From: an uncultured Verrucomicrobiota bacterium
GTDB lineage: Bacteria; Verrucomicrobiota; Kiritimatiellia; JAAZAB01
Reading direction: 5' to 3'
Length of the DNA stretch: 64,000 nucleotides
Assembly: GCA_964475165.1 (NCBI GenBank)
Contig: CAYYVN010000009.1
Coordinates: 9,348-73,347, forward strand
The notes beneath the pieces were generated by a model that saw nothing but the letters and a program-made list of their open reading frames with translations, had not been told where the DNA came from and searched no databases. Both the position numbers and the translations under genes were made by a program. Positions 26,770-36,540 of the stretch are shown piece after piece. The first letter of the stretch is position 1, and every line of letters begins with the position of its first letter.

Positions 26770-27639
26770 ATGAGCACTATTGGCATTATCGGTTATGGAT
26801 ATGTGGGCCGCTCGGTGGAATATGGTTTTGTGGAGCATGACCGTCAACGCGGGCAGGAGCCCAAGCATCGCGCTCTGGTCTATGATAAATATAAACCTCG
26901 CGATCCACTGGCCCAAGTGCTGGAAGAAAGCGAAATCATCTTCGCTTGCCTGCCCACGCCCTATGATGAAGAAAAACTGCATATCGATCTGACGATCTAT
27001 GATCAATGCATGGCCGAAATCTGCCCCCAAATCGCCGGCCGTGGCAAGATCATGGTGATCAAATCCACCGTGGCCCCCGGCACTACGCGTCGTTACGCCA
27101 GCCTTTATCCCCAGGTGCCCTTTGCCATGAATCCTGAATTTCTAACCGAAGCCAATTACCTGCAGGATTTCGTGCAGACCGATCGCATCGTGATCGGGGC
27201 CGATAACGACTGGGTCTCGCAGAAGATCATTGATCTCTATCGTTCCTGTTTCCCGACTACCATCATCATGCCCATGAGCTCGGTTGCGGCTGAAATCGTC
27301 AAATATCAAGCCAATATCATGCTGGCCACCAAGGTTGCTTTGGCCAATATCTTCTATGACCTCTGCCAGGCCGAAGGCGTCAAATACGACGATGTTAAAA
27401 AGGCGGTGGCCCTCGATAAGCGTATTGGTACCAGTCATATGGATGTCACTACGGACCGCGGCTTCGGCGGCAAATGCTTTCCCAAGGATCTGGGCGCCTT
27501 GATCGGGCGCTGCCACGAGCTCAAGGTGGATTGCAAGGTGCTCGAGGAAGTCCACGCCTATAACCTGCGCATCAGGAAAGTGAGAGACTGGCACGAAATC
27601 GCCGGCGCCACCGTCGGCGGGCGTATCTATGCTGAATAG
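26770..27639 (+). CDS. Nucleotide-sugar (UDP-glucose/GDP-mannose) dehydrogenase-family protein, short form.
   Basis: Rossmann GIIGYGYVG and the catalytic-Cys motif GFGGKCFPKD are present. At 289 aa it is about 100-150 aa shorter than canonical UDPGDH and appears to lack the C-terminal UDP-binding domain. Confidence 0.6.
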   Translation: MSTIGIIGYGYVGRSVEYGFVEHDRQRGQEPKHRALVYDKYKPRDPLAQVLEESEIIFACLPTPYDEEKLHIDLTIYDQCMAEICPQIAGRGKIMVIKSTVAPGTTRRYASLYPQVPFAMNPEFLTEANYLQDFVQTDRIVIGADNDWVSQKIIDLYRSCFPTTIIMPMSSVAAEIVKYQANIMLATKVALANIFYDLCQAEGVKYDDVKKAVALDKRIGTSHMDVTTDRGFGGKCFPKDLGALIGRCHELKVDCKVLEEVHAYNLRIRKVRDWHEIAGATVGGRIYAE

Positions 27640-27666
27640 CCGGCTGGCGTCTGGCCGGTTGGCGGA

Positions 27667-28194
27667 CTAGAAAACCAGCCGCGCCGCGGCGCCCAGCGTC
27701 AGGGTATCGCTAGCAATCTTTTTACCCTCGCTGCTGAGGTCCGACCAGTCTTCGAAGCGATAATTGCAGTTGAGATCCAAGTGCAGGATGGGCAGAAGCG
27801 GAATATCCAACCCGGCCCGCAGTGCGTAGAAGGGCTGATCGCTGAGCTTGCCATCAGTGATGTAGCCGCCGATGCCCGCCGCCACATAAATTACCTTGCC
27901 CAAGATCAGATGGGCTTGGGGTTGATAAACGGCCTGGTCGGCGCCACCGAATCCTTTAGGAAACCATTCCACGCCCGCCTCGGCGCCGATCCAACCATAA
28001 TGGACTTGATACATCAGCAGATAAGAAAAACCATCCTTATCCACAGCTTGGGCATCAAGGTTTTTGAGGGTGGTCCAGTAATGGGCGCCTACGCCCAGTT
28101 GCTGGCTGAGGGCGCTGCTTTCAGCCCGGGCCATACCGGCTAGCGCTAAAAACATTCCGAGCGCGACGCTGTAGATGATGCTCGATCGTTGCAT
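27667..28194 (-). CDS. Small outer-membrane beta-barrel protein, OmpW/OmpA-like 8-strand class.
   Basis: Signal peptide MQRSSIIYSVALGMFLALAGMARA. Alternating amphipathic strands, aromatic girdle, C-terminal ...RLVF. Confidence 0.5.
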   Translation of the reverse strand: MQRSSIIYSVALGMFLALAGMARAESSALSQQLGVGAHYWTTLKNLDAQAVDKDGFSYLLMYQVHYGWIGAEAGVEWFPKGFGGADQAVYQPQAHLILGKVIYVAAGIGGYITDGKLSDQPFYALRAGLDIPLLPILHLDLNCNYRFEDWSDLSSEGKKIASDTLTLGAAARLVF

Positions 28195-28395
28195 GGATTC
28201 TGCCTCCTTATTTGTCTCCGGATAGCCCCGCCGTTTAGCGAAATCTATCGTGCCGCCGCTTCAGCGTCAAGCCCCACGGCGCGGCATCTCATTGCCGGTT
28301 GCTTTTTCAAGCGCATCTGCTAAAGTCCTCCACCGGATATGAAAACCGTTGAGCCGCATAGAAAAACATCCGCTCCGCAGCTGGATCCTCACACC

Positions 28396-30138
28396 ATGCC
28401 GGATTGGCAAATCGCCAGCGCCGCCGAAGCGCACCTGAAGCCTTTTCGGCAACTGGGAGCCGAGCTGGGCTTGCAGCCCGCGGAATTGATACCCATGGGG
28501 CATCAATTGGGCAAGGTGGATTACCGCTCGGTTTTAGCGCGCTTGCGCCAGGCACCCCGTGGGAAATATGTCGCCATCACCGCCATTACGCCTACGCCGC
28601 TGGGAGAAGGCAAAACCACCACCACCATGGGCTTGATCGACGGGCTGGGCCGTTTGGGTCGGCGTGTCTGCGGCGCCATCCGTCAGCCCAGCAGTGGCCC
28701 CACCTTCAACATCAAAGGCTCGGGCGCCGGCGGCGGCCTGGCCCAATGCGTCCCGCTGACGCCGCTTTCCATTCGTTTGACGGGCGATATTGATTCTGTG
28801 ACCAACGCCCATAACCTGGCCATGGTGGCCTTGACCGCCCGTTTGCAACATGAACGCAATTATGATGACGCCCGCCTGGCGCAAAGCGGATTAAAAAGGC
28901 TCAATATTGATCCGCAGCGTGTGCTGCTCAAATGGGCGTTGGATTTTTGCGCGCAGTCCCTGCGCCATATCAGCATTGGTCAGGGTGGTAAGCTGGATGG
29001 GATCCCGATGGAATCCGGCTTTCAGATCTCCGTCTCCAGCGAAATCATGGCTATTTTGGCCGTGGCCAGGGATCTGGCGGATTTTCGGGAACGTATGGGC
29101 CGCATCGTCGTGGCCTTGGATAAAGAGGGGCGCGAGGTGACCACGCGCGATCTGGAAGTGGATGGGGCCATGACGGCCTGGATGCTGGAGGCTCTCAATC
29201 CCAACCTGCTCCAGACTCTGGAAGGACACCCAGTCTTCGTGCACGCTGGGCCCTTTGCCAATATTGCCATCGGCCAAAGCTCCATCATTGCCGATGAGCT
29301 GGGCCTGCGTCTGGCTGATTATCATATCACCGAAAGCGGCTTTGGCGCTGATATCGGCTTTGAGAAGTTCTGGAATCTAAAATGCCGCCTATCCGGCTTG
29401 GTGCCCAATGCGGTGGTCATTGTGTGCACGGTGCGTGCGCTCAAAATGCATGGCGGCGGACCTGCCGTCCGGCCGGGAGTGCCCCTGGATGAGGCTTATC
29501 AAAGGGAAAACCTGGCCTTGCTCGAGCGCGGCTGCGAAAACCTCAGAGCCCACATTGAGATAGTCAAAAAAAGCGGCCTGCGCCCCGTAGTCTGCCTGAA
29601 TGCTTTTCATACGGATACGCCGGCCGAAGTGGCCTTGATCAAGCGTGTGGCCGAGGCGCACGGCGCGCTGGCCGCCTTGGCGCGGCATTGGGCGGCCGGC
29701 GGCGCCGGGGCCCAGGAACTGGCCGAAGCCGTCATCGCTGCCTGTGAAGAAAAATCGTCATTCAAATTCCTTTATGCTGCTGAGCTGCCGCTCCGCCAAC
29801 GCGTGGAGATTATTGCCCGGGAAGTCTATGGCGCGCGCTCCGTCAGCTACAGCCCTGCGGCGACCGCCAAAATCGCGGCTTGCGAAGCCGATCCGCAAAC
29901 CGCCCGCTTGGGAGTCTGCATGGTTAAAACTCATCTGAGCCTCTCGCATGATCCGCTCCTGAAAGGTCGTCCGCGCGGCTGGGATTTGCCTATTCATGAT
30001 CTTCTGGTTTATAAAGGCGCCGGATTGGTGGTGCCGGTAGCCGGCGCCATTCAGTTGATGCCCGGCACGGCCTCCAACCCGGCTTTCCGGCGCATAGATG
30101 TGGATCTAGCCAGCGGCCGGGTGCAAGGACTCTTTTAA
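28396..30138 (+). CDS. fhs: Formate--tetrahydrofolate ligase.
   Basis: PTPLGEGKTTTTMGLIDGL P-loop and full-length FTHFS-like sequence. Start at 28396 (MPDWQIASAAEAHLKP aligns with FTHFS N-termini). The track ORF starts at 28339. Confidence 0.85.
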   Translation: MPDWQIASAAEAHLKPFRQLGAELGLQPAELIPMGHQLGKVDYRSVLARLRQAPRGKYVAITAITPTPLGEGKTTTTMGLIDGLGRLGRRVCGAIRQPSSGPTFNIKGSGAGGGLAQCVPLTPLSIRLTGDIDSVTNAHNLAMVALTARLQHERNYDDARLAQSGLKRLNIDPQRVLLKWALDFCAQSLRHISIGQGGKLDGIPMESGFQISVSSEIMAILAVARDLADFRERMGRIVVALDKEGREVTTRDLEVDGAMTAWMLEALNPNLLQTLEGHPVFVHAGPFANIAIGQSSIIADELGLRLADYHITESGFGADIGFEKFWNLKCRLSGLVPNAVVIVCTVRALKMHGGGPAVRPGVPLDEAYQRENLALLERGCENLRAHIEIVKKSGLRPVVCLNAFHTDTPAEVALIKRVAEAHGALAALARHWAAGGAGAQELAEAVIAACEEKSSFKFLYAAELPLRQRVEIIAREVYGARSVSYSPAATAKIAACEADPQTARLGVCMVKTHLSLSHDPLLKGRPRGWDLPIHDLLVYKGAGLVVPVAGAIQLMPGTASNPAFRRIDVDLASGRVQGLF

Positions 30139-30307
30139 GATTAAAACTTTATTGCAGAAATTAAAAAAAAGATTGCGCCGGCCTCGAAATCCGGCCGATC
30201 AGTCAAGCCCGGCTGTCCCCAGTAGCGCCGCCACCCAACCGGCCTCTGGCAGGCGAGAACCTCACCGCGCCGCCGGCCCCGCACCGCTGGCGGACCAGGC
30301 AGATAAA

Positions 30308-31549
30308 ATGCCTTTCCATGATCTGGCTTTGCCTCAGCCTATTCTGCAGGCCCTGGCTGATCTTGAATTCGCTTATTGCACCCCCATCCAGGCGCAGATC
30401 CTGCCGGCCTTGCTGGAAGGTCGCGATGCCGGCGGGCGCGCGCAAACCGGGACCGGTAAAACCGCCGCTTTCCTGATCGCCATCTTCACCCGCCTGCTGC
30501 GCACGCCGCTGACCAGCCAGCCGCGCCGCGGCACCCCGCGCGCTTTGGTCATTGCGCCCACCCGTGAATTGGCTATGCAGATTTTCAAGGATGCCCAGCT
30601 GCTGGGCAAATATGGTTCTTTCCAGAATATGGTGGTCTTTGGCGGGATGGATTATAAACAGCAACAAGAGCAGTTGCGCAGATCTAAGCTCGATCTGCTG
30701 GTGGCAACGCCCGGCCGCCTGCTCGATTTTCGGCGCTCCGGATATCTCAATCTGGGCCGGGTGGAGGCGCTGGTTATCGATGAGGCTGACCGTATGCTGG
30801 ATATGGGCTTCATCCCCGATGTCCGCAAAATCATCTATAGCCTGCCGCCCAAGGGCCAGCGCCAGACCATGCTCTTCAGCGCTACCCTTAGCCAGGATAT
30901 CATCCGCTTGGCTTCACGCTGGATGCACGATCCCTTGATGGTGGCCGCCGATCCGGAACAGGTCACCGTGAAAAACATCGATCAGCGGATCTATGCCGTG
31001 GCCGCCCAGGATAAATTCGCCCTGCTTTTTAATCTCCTGCAACGCGAGTCGCTGCAAAGAGTGCTTGTCTTCCGTAATCGGCGCGATGGCGTCGATCAGT
31101 TGGCGCGTCAGTTGGCCCAGGCGGGGATTCCCGCGGCCCAGTTATCGGGCGAAATCCCCCAGGAAAAACGCATCAGGGTATTAGAGGATTTTCGCGCCGG
31201 GCGTATGCGGGTTGTGGTGGCCACCGATGTCGCCGGGCGGGGCATCCATGTCGAGGGCATCACCCATGTGATCAACTATGATGTGCCCTGGGAAGCAGAG
31301 GATTATGTGCATCGTATCGGGCGCACCGGGCGCGCCGGAGCAGCCGGCGTCGCCATCACCTTCGCTTGCGAAGAGGGCTCCTTCGGTATTCCGGCTATTG
31401 AAGGATTCATCGCTCAGGATTTGCCCTGCCAGCAGCCGGAAGAAAATTGGCTGCAGCTCCCGTCGGAAGTCACGCGCCGCATTGCGGCCAGCCCCGGCGC
31501 TCCCCGCCGCCGGCGCCCGCCAGCGCGGCCGCGCCGCCGCCGGCGTTGA
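30308..31549 (+). CDS. DEAD-box ATP-dependent RNA helicase with an Arg-rich C-terminal tail.
   Basis: Q-motif (FAYCTPIQAQ), motif I (AQTGTGKT), DEAD (VIDEADRML), SAT, HRIGRTGRAG. The tail is ...PRRRRPPARPRRRRR. Confidence 0.85.
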   Translation: MPFHDLALPQPILQALADLEFAYCTPIQAQILPALLEGRDAGGRAQTGTGKTAAFLIAIFTRLLRTPLTSQPRRGTPRALVIAPTRELAMQIFKDAQLLGKYGSFQNMVVFGGMDYKQQQEQLRRSKLDLLVATPGRLLDFRRSGYLNLGRVEALVIDEADRMLDMGFIPDVRKIIYSLPPKGQRQTMLFSATLSQDIIRLASRWMHDPLMVAADPEQVTVKNIDQRIYAVAAQDKFALLFNLLQRESLQRVLVFRNRRDGVDQLARQLAQAGIPAAQLSGEIPQEKRIRVLEDFRAGRMRVVVATDVAGRGIHVEGITHVINYDVPWEAEDYVHRIGRTGRAGAAGVAITFACEEGSFGIPAIEGFIAQDLPCQQPEENWLQLPSEVTRRIAASPGAPRRRRPPARPRRRRR

Positions 31550-31554
31550 ATCAC

Positions 31555-32229
31555 TCAGCCGGCGCGTATCCGCCGAGTGGGGCTGGCATTCAGGGTGGGC
31601 ATAAAAGCATAGAGGTGGCGCCCCGGACAGAGAGTGCGATCCAGGTCACGGTGCCCGTAAACCTGCCGGCGCGGGATGCCATAGTGTTTGCGTAAGAGCG
31701 TCACCAATTGCAGCAGCGTCGCTTTCTGTGCCAGCGCCGGTTTCTGCAGTTCAAAGTTGCCCAGTAACATCACACCCAGATTGCCGGGATTGTTGCCTGA
31801 GACATGGGCGCCTTGATACTGCAGGGAGCGTCCTTCCCAGACCCGCCCGGCATGGTCAATGATGAAATGATAGCCGATATCACCATAGCCCAGGCGGCGA
31901 TGCGCACCCCAAACCTGCCGTAAATCCTGAACCACATTCTCTAACGCCAGATTGTGATTGGTGCGATTGCCTTCATGATGGATGGTGATGCGCTCATAGG
32001 GCGTTGTCGGCCCCAGGCGAGAATAGATGGGCGCCGCCCGCGTCCAGGCGGCCCGCGGATGAAAGACCGTCTTTTTAGCCAAAGCCTGACGCAGGGCCGC
32101 CGCATCAGTTGAGTCGGCCGCCAACAGTGTCCTGGGCCGGCCGCATAACAGGGCTCCGGCCAGCAGGGCCAGCGTCCGCTGGAATTGCCGGCGGGTCATG
32201 CTAGCCTGGAAAGGGGCGCTGCTGAGCAT
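31555..32229 (-). CDS. N-acetylmuramoyl-L-alanine amidase (Amidase_2/PGRP fold) with a Tat-like signal.
   Basis: MTRRQFQRTLALLAGALL (a twin-arginine-like motif), followed by ...ITIHHEGN...IGYHFIIDHAGRVWEGRS...GAHVSGNNPGNLGV. Confidence 0.7.
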   Translation of the reverse strand: MLSSAPFQASMTRRQFQRTLALLAGALLCGRPRTLLAADSTDAAALRQALAKKTVFHPRAAWTRAAPIYSRLGPTTPYERITIHHEGNRTNHNLALENVVQDLRQVWGAHRRLGYGDIGYHFIIDHAGRVWEGRSLQYQGAHVSGNNPGNLGVMLLGNFELQKPALAQKATLLQLVTLLRKHYGIPRRQVYGHRDLDRTLCPGRHLYAFMPTLNASPTRRIRAG

Positions 32230-32331
32230 GGTTTTTCTTTCACTGATCTTCTAGATAAGCGCAATCATAAGTTGGCTGATGGAGCAGGGCAAGATTTTAT
32301 TGCTCAAGGCCAAGGCGGCCCCGCCGGCTGG

Positions 32332-34836
32332 CTAGTAGAAGCTATAGATAGTGCCAGCCGGCGGCATAGATTGGTAGGCGCCCATATCGATCAGGCCACC
32401 ACTGATGCGTTTCGCGCCGACCAGATCCACTGTATCAATGATGCCATTGGTCGTGCCGGCGCGGCGTGCCGGAGAGGAAGCGCTCAAGCGATAATCTCCG
32501 CCGGCCCAATCGATGAACTGTGGATCGTCGGAGATATTGCCCGAGCCGACAAGATCAGGCGCCGTCGTGCAATTATAAGAGCCGGCGCACTGCACGCTAT
32601 TCATTACTACACCATTAGTGGTGCTCCAAGTATTGGAATAGACAATACAGTTAGTTAGATAGCAGCCAGAGATACCGGCCCGGGGCGTTCCGCTATGAAT
32701 AACATGATTACTCACAACTGTGCAATTGATCAAGGTTGATTGCCGAGAGCTATGGCCGGCAATGGCTGAGCCAACGTAGTAGCTTACATTGTTGGCAATC
32801 AAACAATTGCGCAGGGTGGCAGGATAATCCGCCCATACTCCACCGCCGTTGCTGCTACCACCAGGAGCTTGATTATCCACTATATGGCAACGGAGCAGCA
32901 GGCCGTTAGTTATATAGACCCCGCCACCGCGCCGCGGAGTGTAATTATTGCTGATTACGCTATCGATGACTTCGCCGCCCAACATATAGATCCCGCCGCC
33001 GGCATCACTGTTCTTTTCTGCCTTGTTTGCGGCAATAATGCAGTTGGTAATCAGGCCAGAAACCATATAGACCCCGCCACCGGCGCCCAGATTATTATTG
33101 GACACGATAGTGCAGTTCTCTATTATCCCGCCCACCATATATACTCCAGGCCCATTGGTGGCATTAGCAATCGTCAGGCCTGAGAGAACCGCTTCCGGAT
33201 GATAGATATTGAAAATATTATTCGCATTGGTGGTGAGAGAGGCGCGCCGCAGCAGGGTCTCATCGCGTCCGGCCACGCCCTCCACGCGCACGCCCTTGGA
33301 AATAGTTATCGGCTCAATCAAGGCATAGACGCCATTGCTCACTAAGACGCAAGGGTTGGGCGCCCCGCCGGCTGAGCCTGCTTCGGCTGCCAGCACCGCA
33401 TCCTGAATATTGCCGGCGGCCTCCTCCCAGGAAGCATAGGGAAAACTGCCCGTGCCGCCCTCAGCCACATAGCTGGTGGCCACACCCACCATCACGGCAT
33501 CGACCAACTTATGGCTGGCCACAGCGCCCAGAGAGTTGCTGACCGTCAAGGTGATATCGTAGCGGCCGGGGCCAAAAGTATGGGTGGCTGTGCTCAAGCT
33601 CGCGCCACTCTGTACCGGGCTGCCATCGCCAAAATCCCACCAGTAATGGCTGATATTAGTGCTCGTGCCACCCAGAACAGCCTGGCAGGAGGCTGTGACA
33701 GATTCCCAGCCGGCGGCGGGTGTGACGGTGAAGCGGCAGCTCAGAGGCCCCGTCCCATAATCCGGCGCCTCATAGCAGCCCATATCGTGGAATAGCCCCA
33801 GGTTATTGCCATTCAGCGGCCGTGGATTGCCATCCAGGTCGTCGGTGATATGGGCCAGATTGGTGCCGGCATCAATGGCCGGCGAACCGAATTGCAGACG
33901 GAAATCGCTATTCGCCAGATCCACGAACTGCGGATCAGCGCCAATGTTGCCTTCCCCCGGTTGTCTGATAGGAGAGCAAGAGTAGCTGCTCGTGCAAGCC
34001 ACGAAATCACTCACGCCATTATAGGCCACAATACAGTTGGTCAGAGTACAGCCATATAGACCATCAACCTGGTAGGCTGCGCGTTGTCTGGTGACGCGGT
34101 TACTCACCACGGTGCAGTTCACTAGCGTGGCGCCATTTGCTCCGGCGACTTTGTTTTCGCACATATTGTAGGCGATCAGACAATTATAAGCCTTGACGCC
34201 TGCTAGGCCGCCGCAGGAGTCAGCCGCTTTATTGGAGACGATTACACAGCGGGTCAGAGTGCCGGCGCTGCCGCCCGCTCCTGCCGCGCCAATATTCTGA
34301 GCTGAATTATAGCAGATGATGGAATCAAAGACCTTGGCGTTAGCCGTCATAAAATCGCAGCCGCCAGACCGCGTCCCCGAATGGTTGGAACTAACGATGC
34401 AATTGCTGACTATCCCATTCCACATCTTCACGCCGATGTTTCTGCCGCCAGTGATGGTGAAGCCCTCCACAACGGCATTGGCATTACTGACGATGAAGAT
34501 CGGAGCTGGTAGATTGGTGCCACTGACGATAGTCGCTTCGCGGCCAGCCAGGCCTTTGACCGTCAATGCGGCTGTGATCTGGATACCCAGTGTGGGGGTG
34601 ATGGAGTTGGAGGCGTAATAGAAACCGTTAGAGACCAGCACCGTATCGTAGGAGTCGGTATGGGCGCTGGCATAATCCACCGCCGTCTGGATATTGGTGG
34701 CCGCCGTCTCCCAGGTATTATAAGGCTCCACATGCGTGCCGTCGAGGGAGACATAGACTGTATCGGCGGCCCAGGCACTGGAGAACCAGGCGCCCAATAG
34801 GCCGAGGAGCATATAGTGAAAGGATCGGTTCAGCAT
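32332..34836 (-). CDS. Large secreted right-handed parallel beta-helix repeat protein with an internal PKD domain.
   Basis: 834 aa. Signal peptide; many NxxG/CxxxN beta-helix turns (TNCIVAYN, TNCTVVSN, ...). PKD signature WDFGDGSP...HTF..GxYxITLTV. Duplicated xDMG(C/A)Y(E/Q) motifs, as in choice-of-anchor type domains. Confidence 0.55.
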   Translation of the reverse strand: MLNRSFHYMLLGLLGAWFSSAWAADTVYVSLDGTHVEPYNTWETAATNIQTAVDYASAHTDSYDTVLVSNGFYYASNSITPTLGIQITAALTVKGLAGREATIVSGTNLPAPIFIVSNANAVVEGFTITGGRNIGVKMWNGIVSNCIVSSNHSGTRSGGCDFMTANAKVFDSIICYNSAQNIGAAGAGGSAGTLTRCVIVSNKAADSCGGLAGVKAYNCLIAYNMCENKVAGANGATLVNCTVVSNRVTRQRAAYQVDGLYGCTLTNCIVAYNGVSDFVACTSSYSCSPIRQPGEGNIGADPQFVDLANSDFRLQFGSPAIDAGTNLAHITDDLDGNPRPLNGNNLGLFHDMGCYEAPDYGTGPLSCRFTVTPAAGWESVTASCQAVLGGTSTNISHYWWDFGDGSPVQSGASLSTATHTFGPGRYDITLTVSNSLGAVASHKLVDAVMVGVATSYVAEGGTGSFPYASWEEAAGNIQDAVLAAEAGSAGGAPNPCVLVSNGVYALIEPITISKGVRVEGVAGRDETLLRRASLTTNANNIFNIYHPEAVLSGLTIANATNGPGVYMVGGIIENCTIVSNNNLGAGGGVYMVSGLITNCIIAANKAEKNSDAGGGIYMLGGEVIDSVISNNYTPRRGGGVYITNGLLLRCHIVDNQAPGGSSNGGGVWADYPATLRNCLIANNVSYYVGSAIAGHSSRQSTLINCTVVSNHVIHSGTPRAGISGCYLTNCIVYSNTWSTTNGVVMNSVQCAGSYNCTTAPDLVGSGNISDDPQFIDWAGGDYRLSASSPARRAGTTNGIIDTVDLVGAKRISGGLIDMGAYQSMPPAGTIYSFY

Positions 34837-34954
34837 AGTAATCAGCCTTGAAAGTTAAAGTATGGGGTCACAGCCCTCTGGAGTCAAATAAAAAAAATTA
34901 GCCCAGCCGCGCCCTTTGAGCGGGTCTCAACAGGTCCTGGGTCGCGGGGAGGGA

Positions 34955-35027
34955 TGGGCGATACTGGACTTGAACCAGTAACATCTACCGTGTAAGGGTA
35001 GCGCTCTGCCAATTGAGCTAATCGCCC
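34955..35027 (-). tRNA. tRNA-Val, anticodon UAC.
   Basis: Acceptor GGGCGAT/ATCGCCC, D-arm TAGCTCAATTGGCAGAGCG, anticodon stem-loop CTACC-CTTACAC-GGTAG, T-arm CTGG-TTCAAGT-CCAG. Confidence 0.85.
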
Positions 35028-35126
35028 GTCTGCTGATCGGCACAGTTTCGGCTGCTGGCGAGAGACTAACCTATGGCTCAGCAAAGCTCAACCCTTGATA
35101 GTTGCCTTGCCGAGGGGGCATCTGCT

Positions 35127-35750
35127 ATGCTGCGCCGCATGAAGACCAAGGCGCCGTTATCCATTGCCGTGTTGGGATCGGGGCAGGGCAGTAACTTCCA
35201 GGCTATTGCCGATGCCATTCAGGAGCAATCCTTGGTGGCGCGCATTGTTTGTGTGCTGGCCGATAATCCGGCGGCCTTCATTCTGGAACGGGCCCGCCGC
35301 TTGGGCGTGCCGGCTGAATATATTGATCCGGCGCCCTATAAAAACAAGCTGGCCGGCGCCGCCGAATTGAAGACCATCGAGCGTTTGCGTTATTACCGGG
35401 CGGAATTGATTGTGCTGGCCGGGTTCATGCGCATCATCAAGGCGCATTTATTGGCGGCTTATCCGGCGCGCATCATCAACATTCATCCCTCGCTCTTACC
35501 GGCCTTTCCCGGCTTGCATTCCTGGAAACAGGCCCTGGATTATGGGGTGAAAGTATCGGGATGCACCGTGCATTTCGTGGATGCCGGTATGGATAGCGGC
35601 CCGATCATCCTGCAAAGGACGGTGCCGGTGCTGCCCGATGATACGCCCGAGACTTTACATGCGCGCATCCAGGAGCAGGAACATCAAGCCTATCCCGAAG
35701 CTATTCGTCAGCTCATCGCCAACTATAATTCTCCGGATCATAAGCGATGA
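35127..35750 (+). CDS. purN: Phosphoribosylglycinamide formyltransferase.
   Basis: ...IAVLGSGQGSNFQAI..., formyltransferase core. ATG at 35127 after GAGGGGG. Confidence 0.8.
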   Translation: MLRRMKTKAPLSIAVLGSGQGSNFQAIADAIQEQSLVARIVCVLADNPAAFILERARRLGVPAEYIDPAPYKNKLAGAAELKTIERLRYYRAELIVLAGFMRIIKAHLLAAYPARIINIHPSLLPAFPGLHSWKQALDYGVKVSGCTVHFVDAGMDSGPIILQRTVPVLPDDTPETLHARIQEQEHQAYPEAIRQLIANYNSPDHKR

Positions 35751-36433
35751 CCTCCTCCGCCACTATGCAACCGGCTGCGTTCCAACGCATCTTGCGCACC
35801 CTGCGCCGCGCCTACGGCCCCTTGCCGGTCGCGCGCCCGGAGCCGCCGTTGGATGTATTGATCCAAACCATCCTTTCCCAGAACACCAGCGACCTCAATT
35901 CGCTGCGCGCCTATCGCTCTTTGAGGCGTCAATTTCCGCGTTGGTCACAGGTGGCCGCGGCTTCCGAGGCGGAGATCGCCAGCGCCATTCATAGCGGCGG
36001 CTTGGCGCGGATCAAAGCCGCCCGTATTCGCCAGGTGCTCCAGATCATCCACGCGCCAGGCGGCAGAGCCGCCCTGCGGCGCCTAAAAAAAATGGATCAG
36101 GCCCAAGCGCTTTCCTGGCTGACCAGCCTGCCCGGCGTTGGCGTTAAAACCGCTTCCTGCGTGCTCTTGTTCGCCTTGGGCTTGCCGGCTATGCCGGTGG
36201 ATACGCATGTTTATCGCTTGGTTATCCGGCTGGGCTGGGTTGCGCCGCGCCAGCCGGTGGCGGCAGTCACGGCGGCGCTGGAAAAGCTGATCCCGGCGCG
36301 CATGATCCGGCCCCTGCATCTCTACTTGATCGAGCATGGCCGGCGCATCTGCCGCCCGCAGCGCCCGGCTTGCGACCAGTGCGTGCTGCGTCCGGATTGC
36401 GTCTGGGCGCTCCATAACGCTCCCTCGGCCTGA
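35747..36433 (+). CDS. nth: Endonuclease III-family DNA glycosylase (HhH-GPD, 4Fe-4S).
   Basis: HhH motif LTSLPGVGVKTASCVLLFALGLPAMPVDTHVYRL. C-terminal C-x6-C-x2-C-x5-C cluster (CRPQRPACDQCVLRPDC). Confidence 0.8.
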   Translation: MTSSATMQPAAFQRILRTLRRAYGPLPVARPEPPLDVLIQTILSQNTSDLNSLRAYRSLRRQFPRWSQVAAASEAEIASAIHSGGLARIKAARIRQVLQIIHAPGGRAALRRLKKMDQAQALSWLTSLPGVGVKTASCVLLFALGLPAMPVDTHVYRLVIRLGWVAPRQPVAAVTAALEKLIPARMIRPLHLYLIEHGRRICRPQRPACDQCVLRPDCVWALHNAPSA

Positions 36434-36540
36434 GGCGCGCTGCGTCTGTTTTGCTTTTAATATCGACGAGCGGCGCCGAGACACTATAATGCGCGCTAAA
36501 GGTTATATCAGATTCGAGCAGCACCATGGATTGCATTATG

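Noticed and set aside
28195-28396. Possible ZTP (pfl) riboswitch upstream of fhs, and a purine-type riboswitch upstream of purN (35028-35126).
   Set aside because: I looked for the conserved GGGUCGUGAC...CCGCCUGGGCA-type pseudoknot elements and found none. The leaders look unstructured.
34837-34954. The A8 run (TAATTTTTTTTATTT on the minus strand) after tRNA-Val as a terminator.
   Set aside because: I could not find a convincing GC stem immediately preceding the U-run. It may simply be an AT-rich spacer or promoter region for the beta-helix gene.
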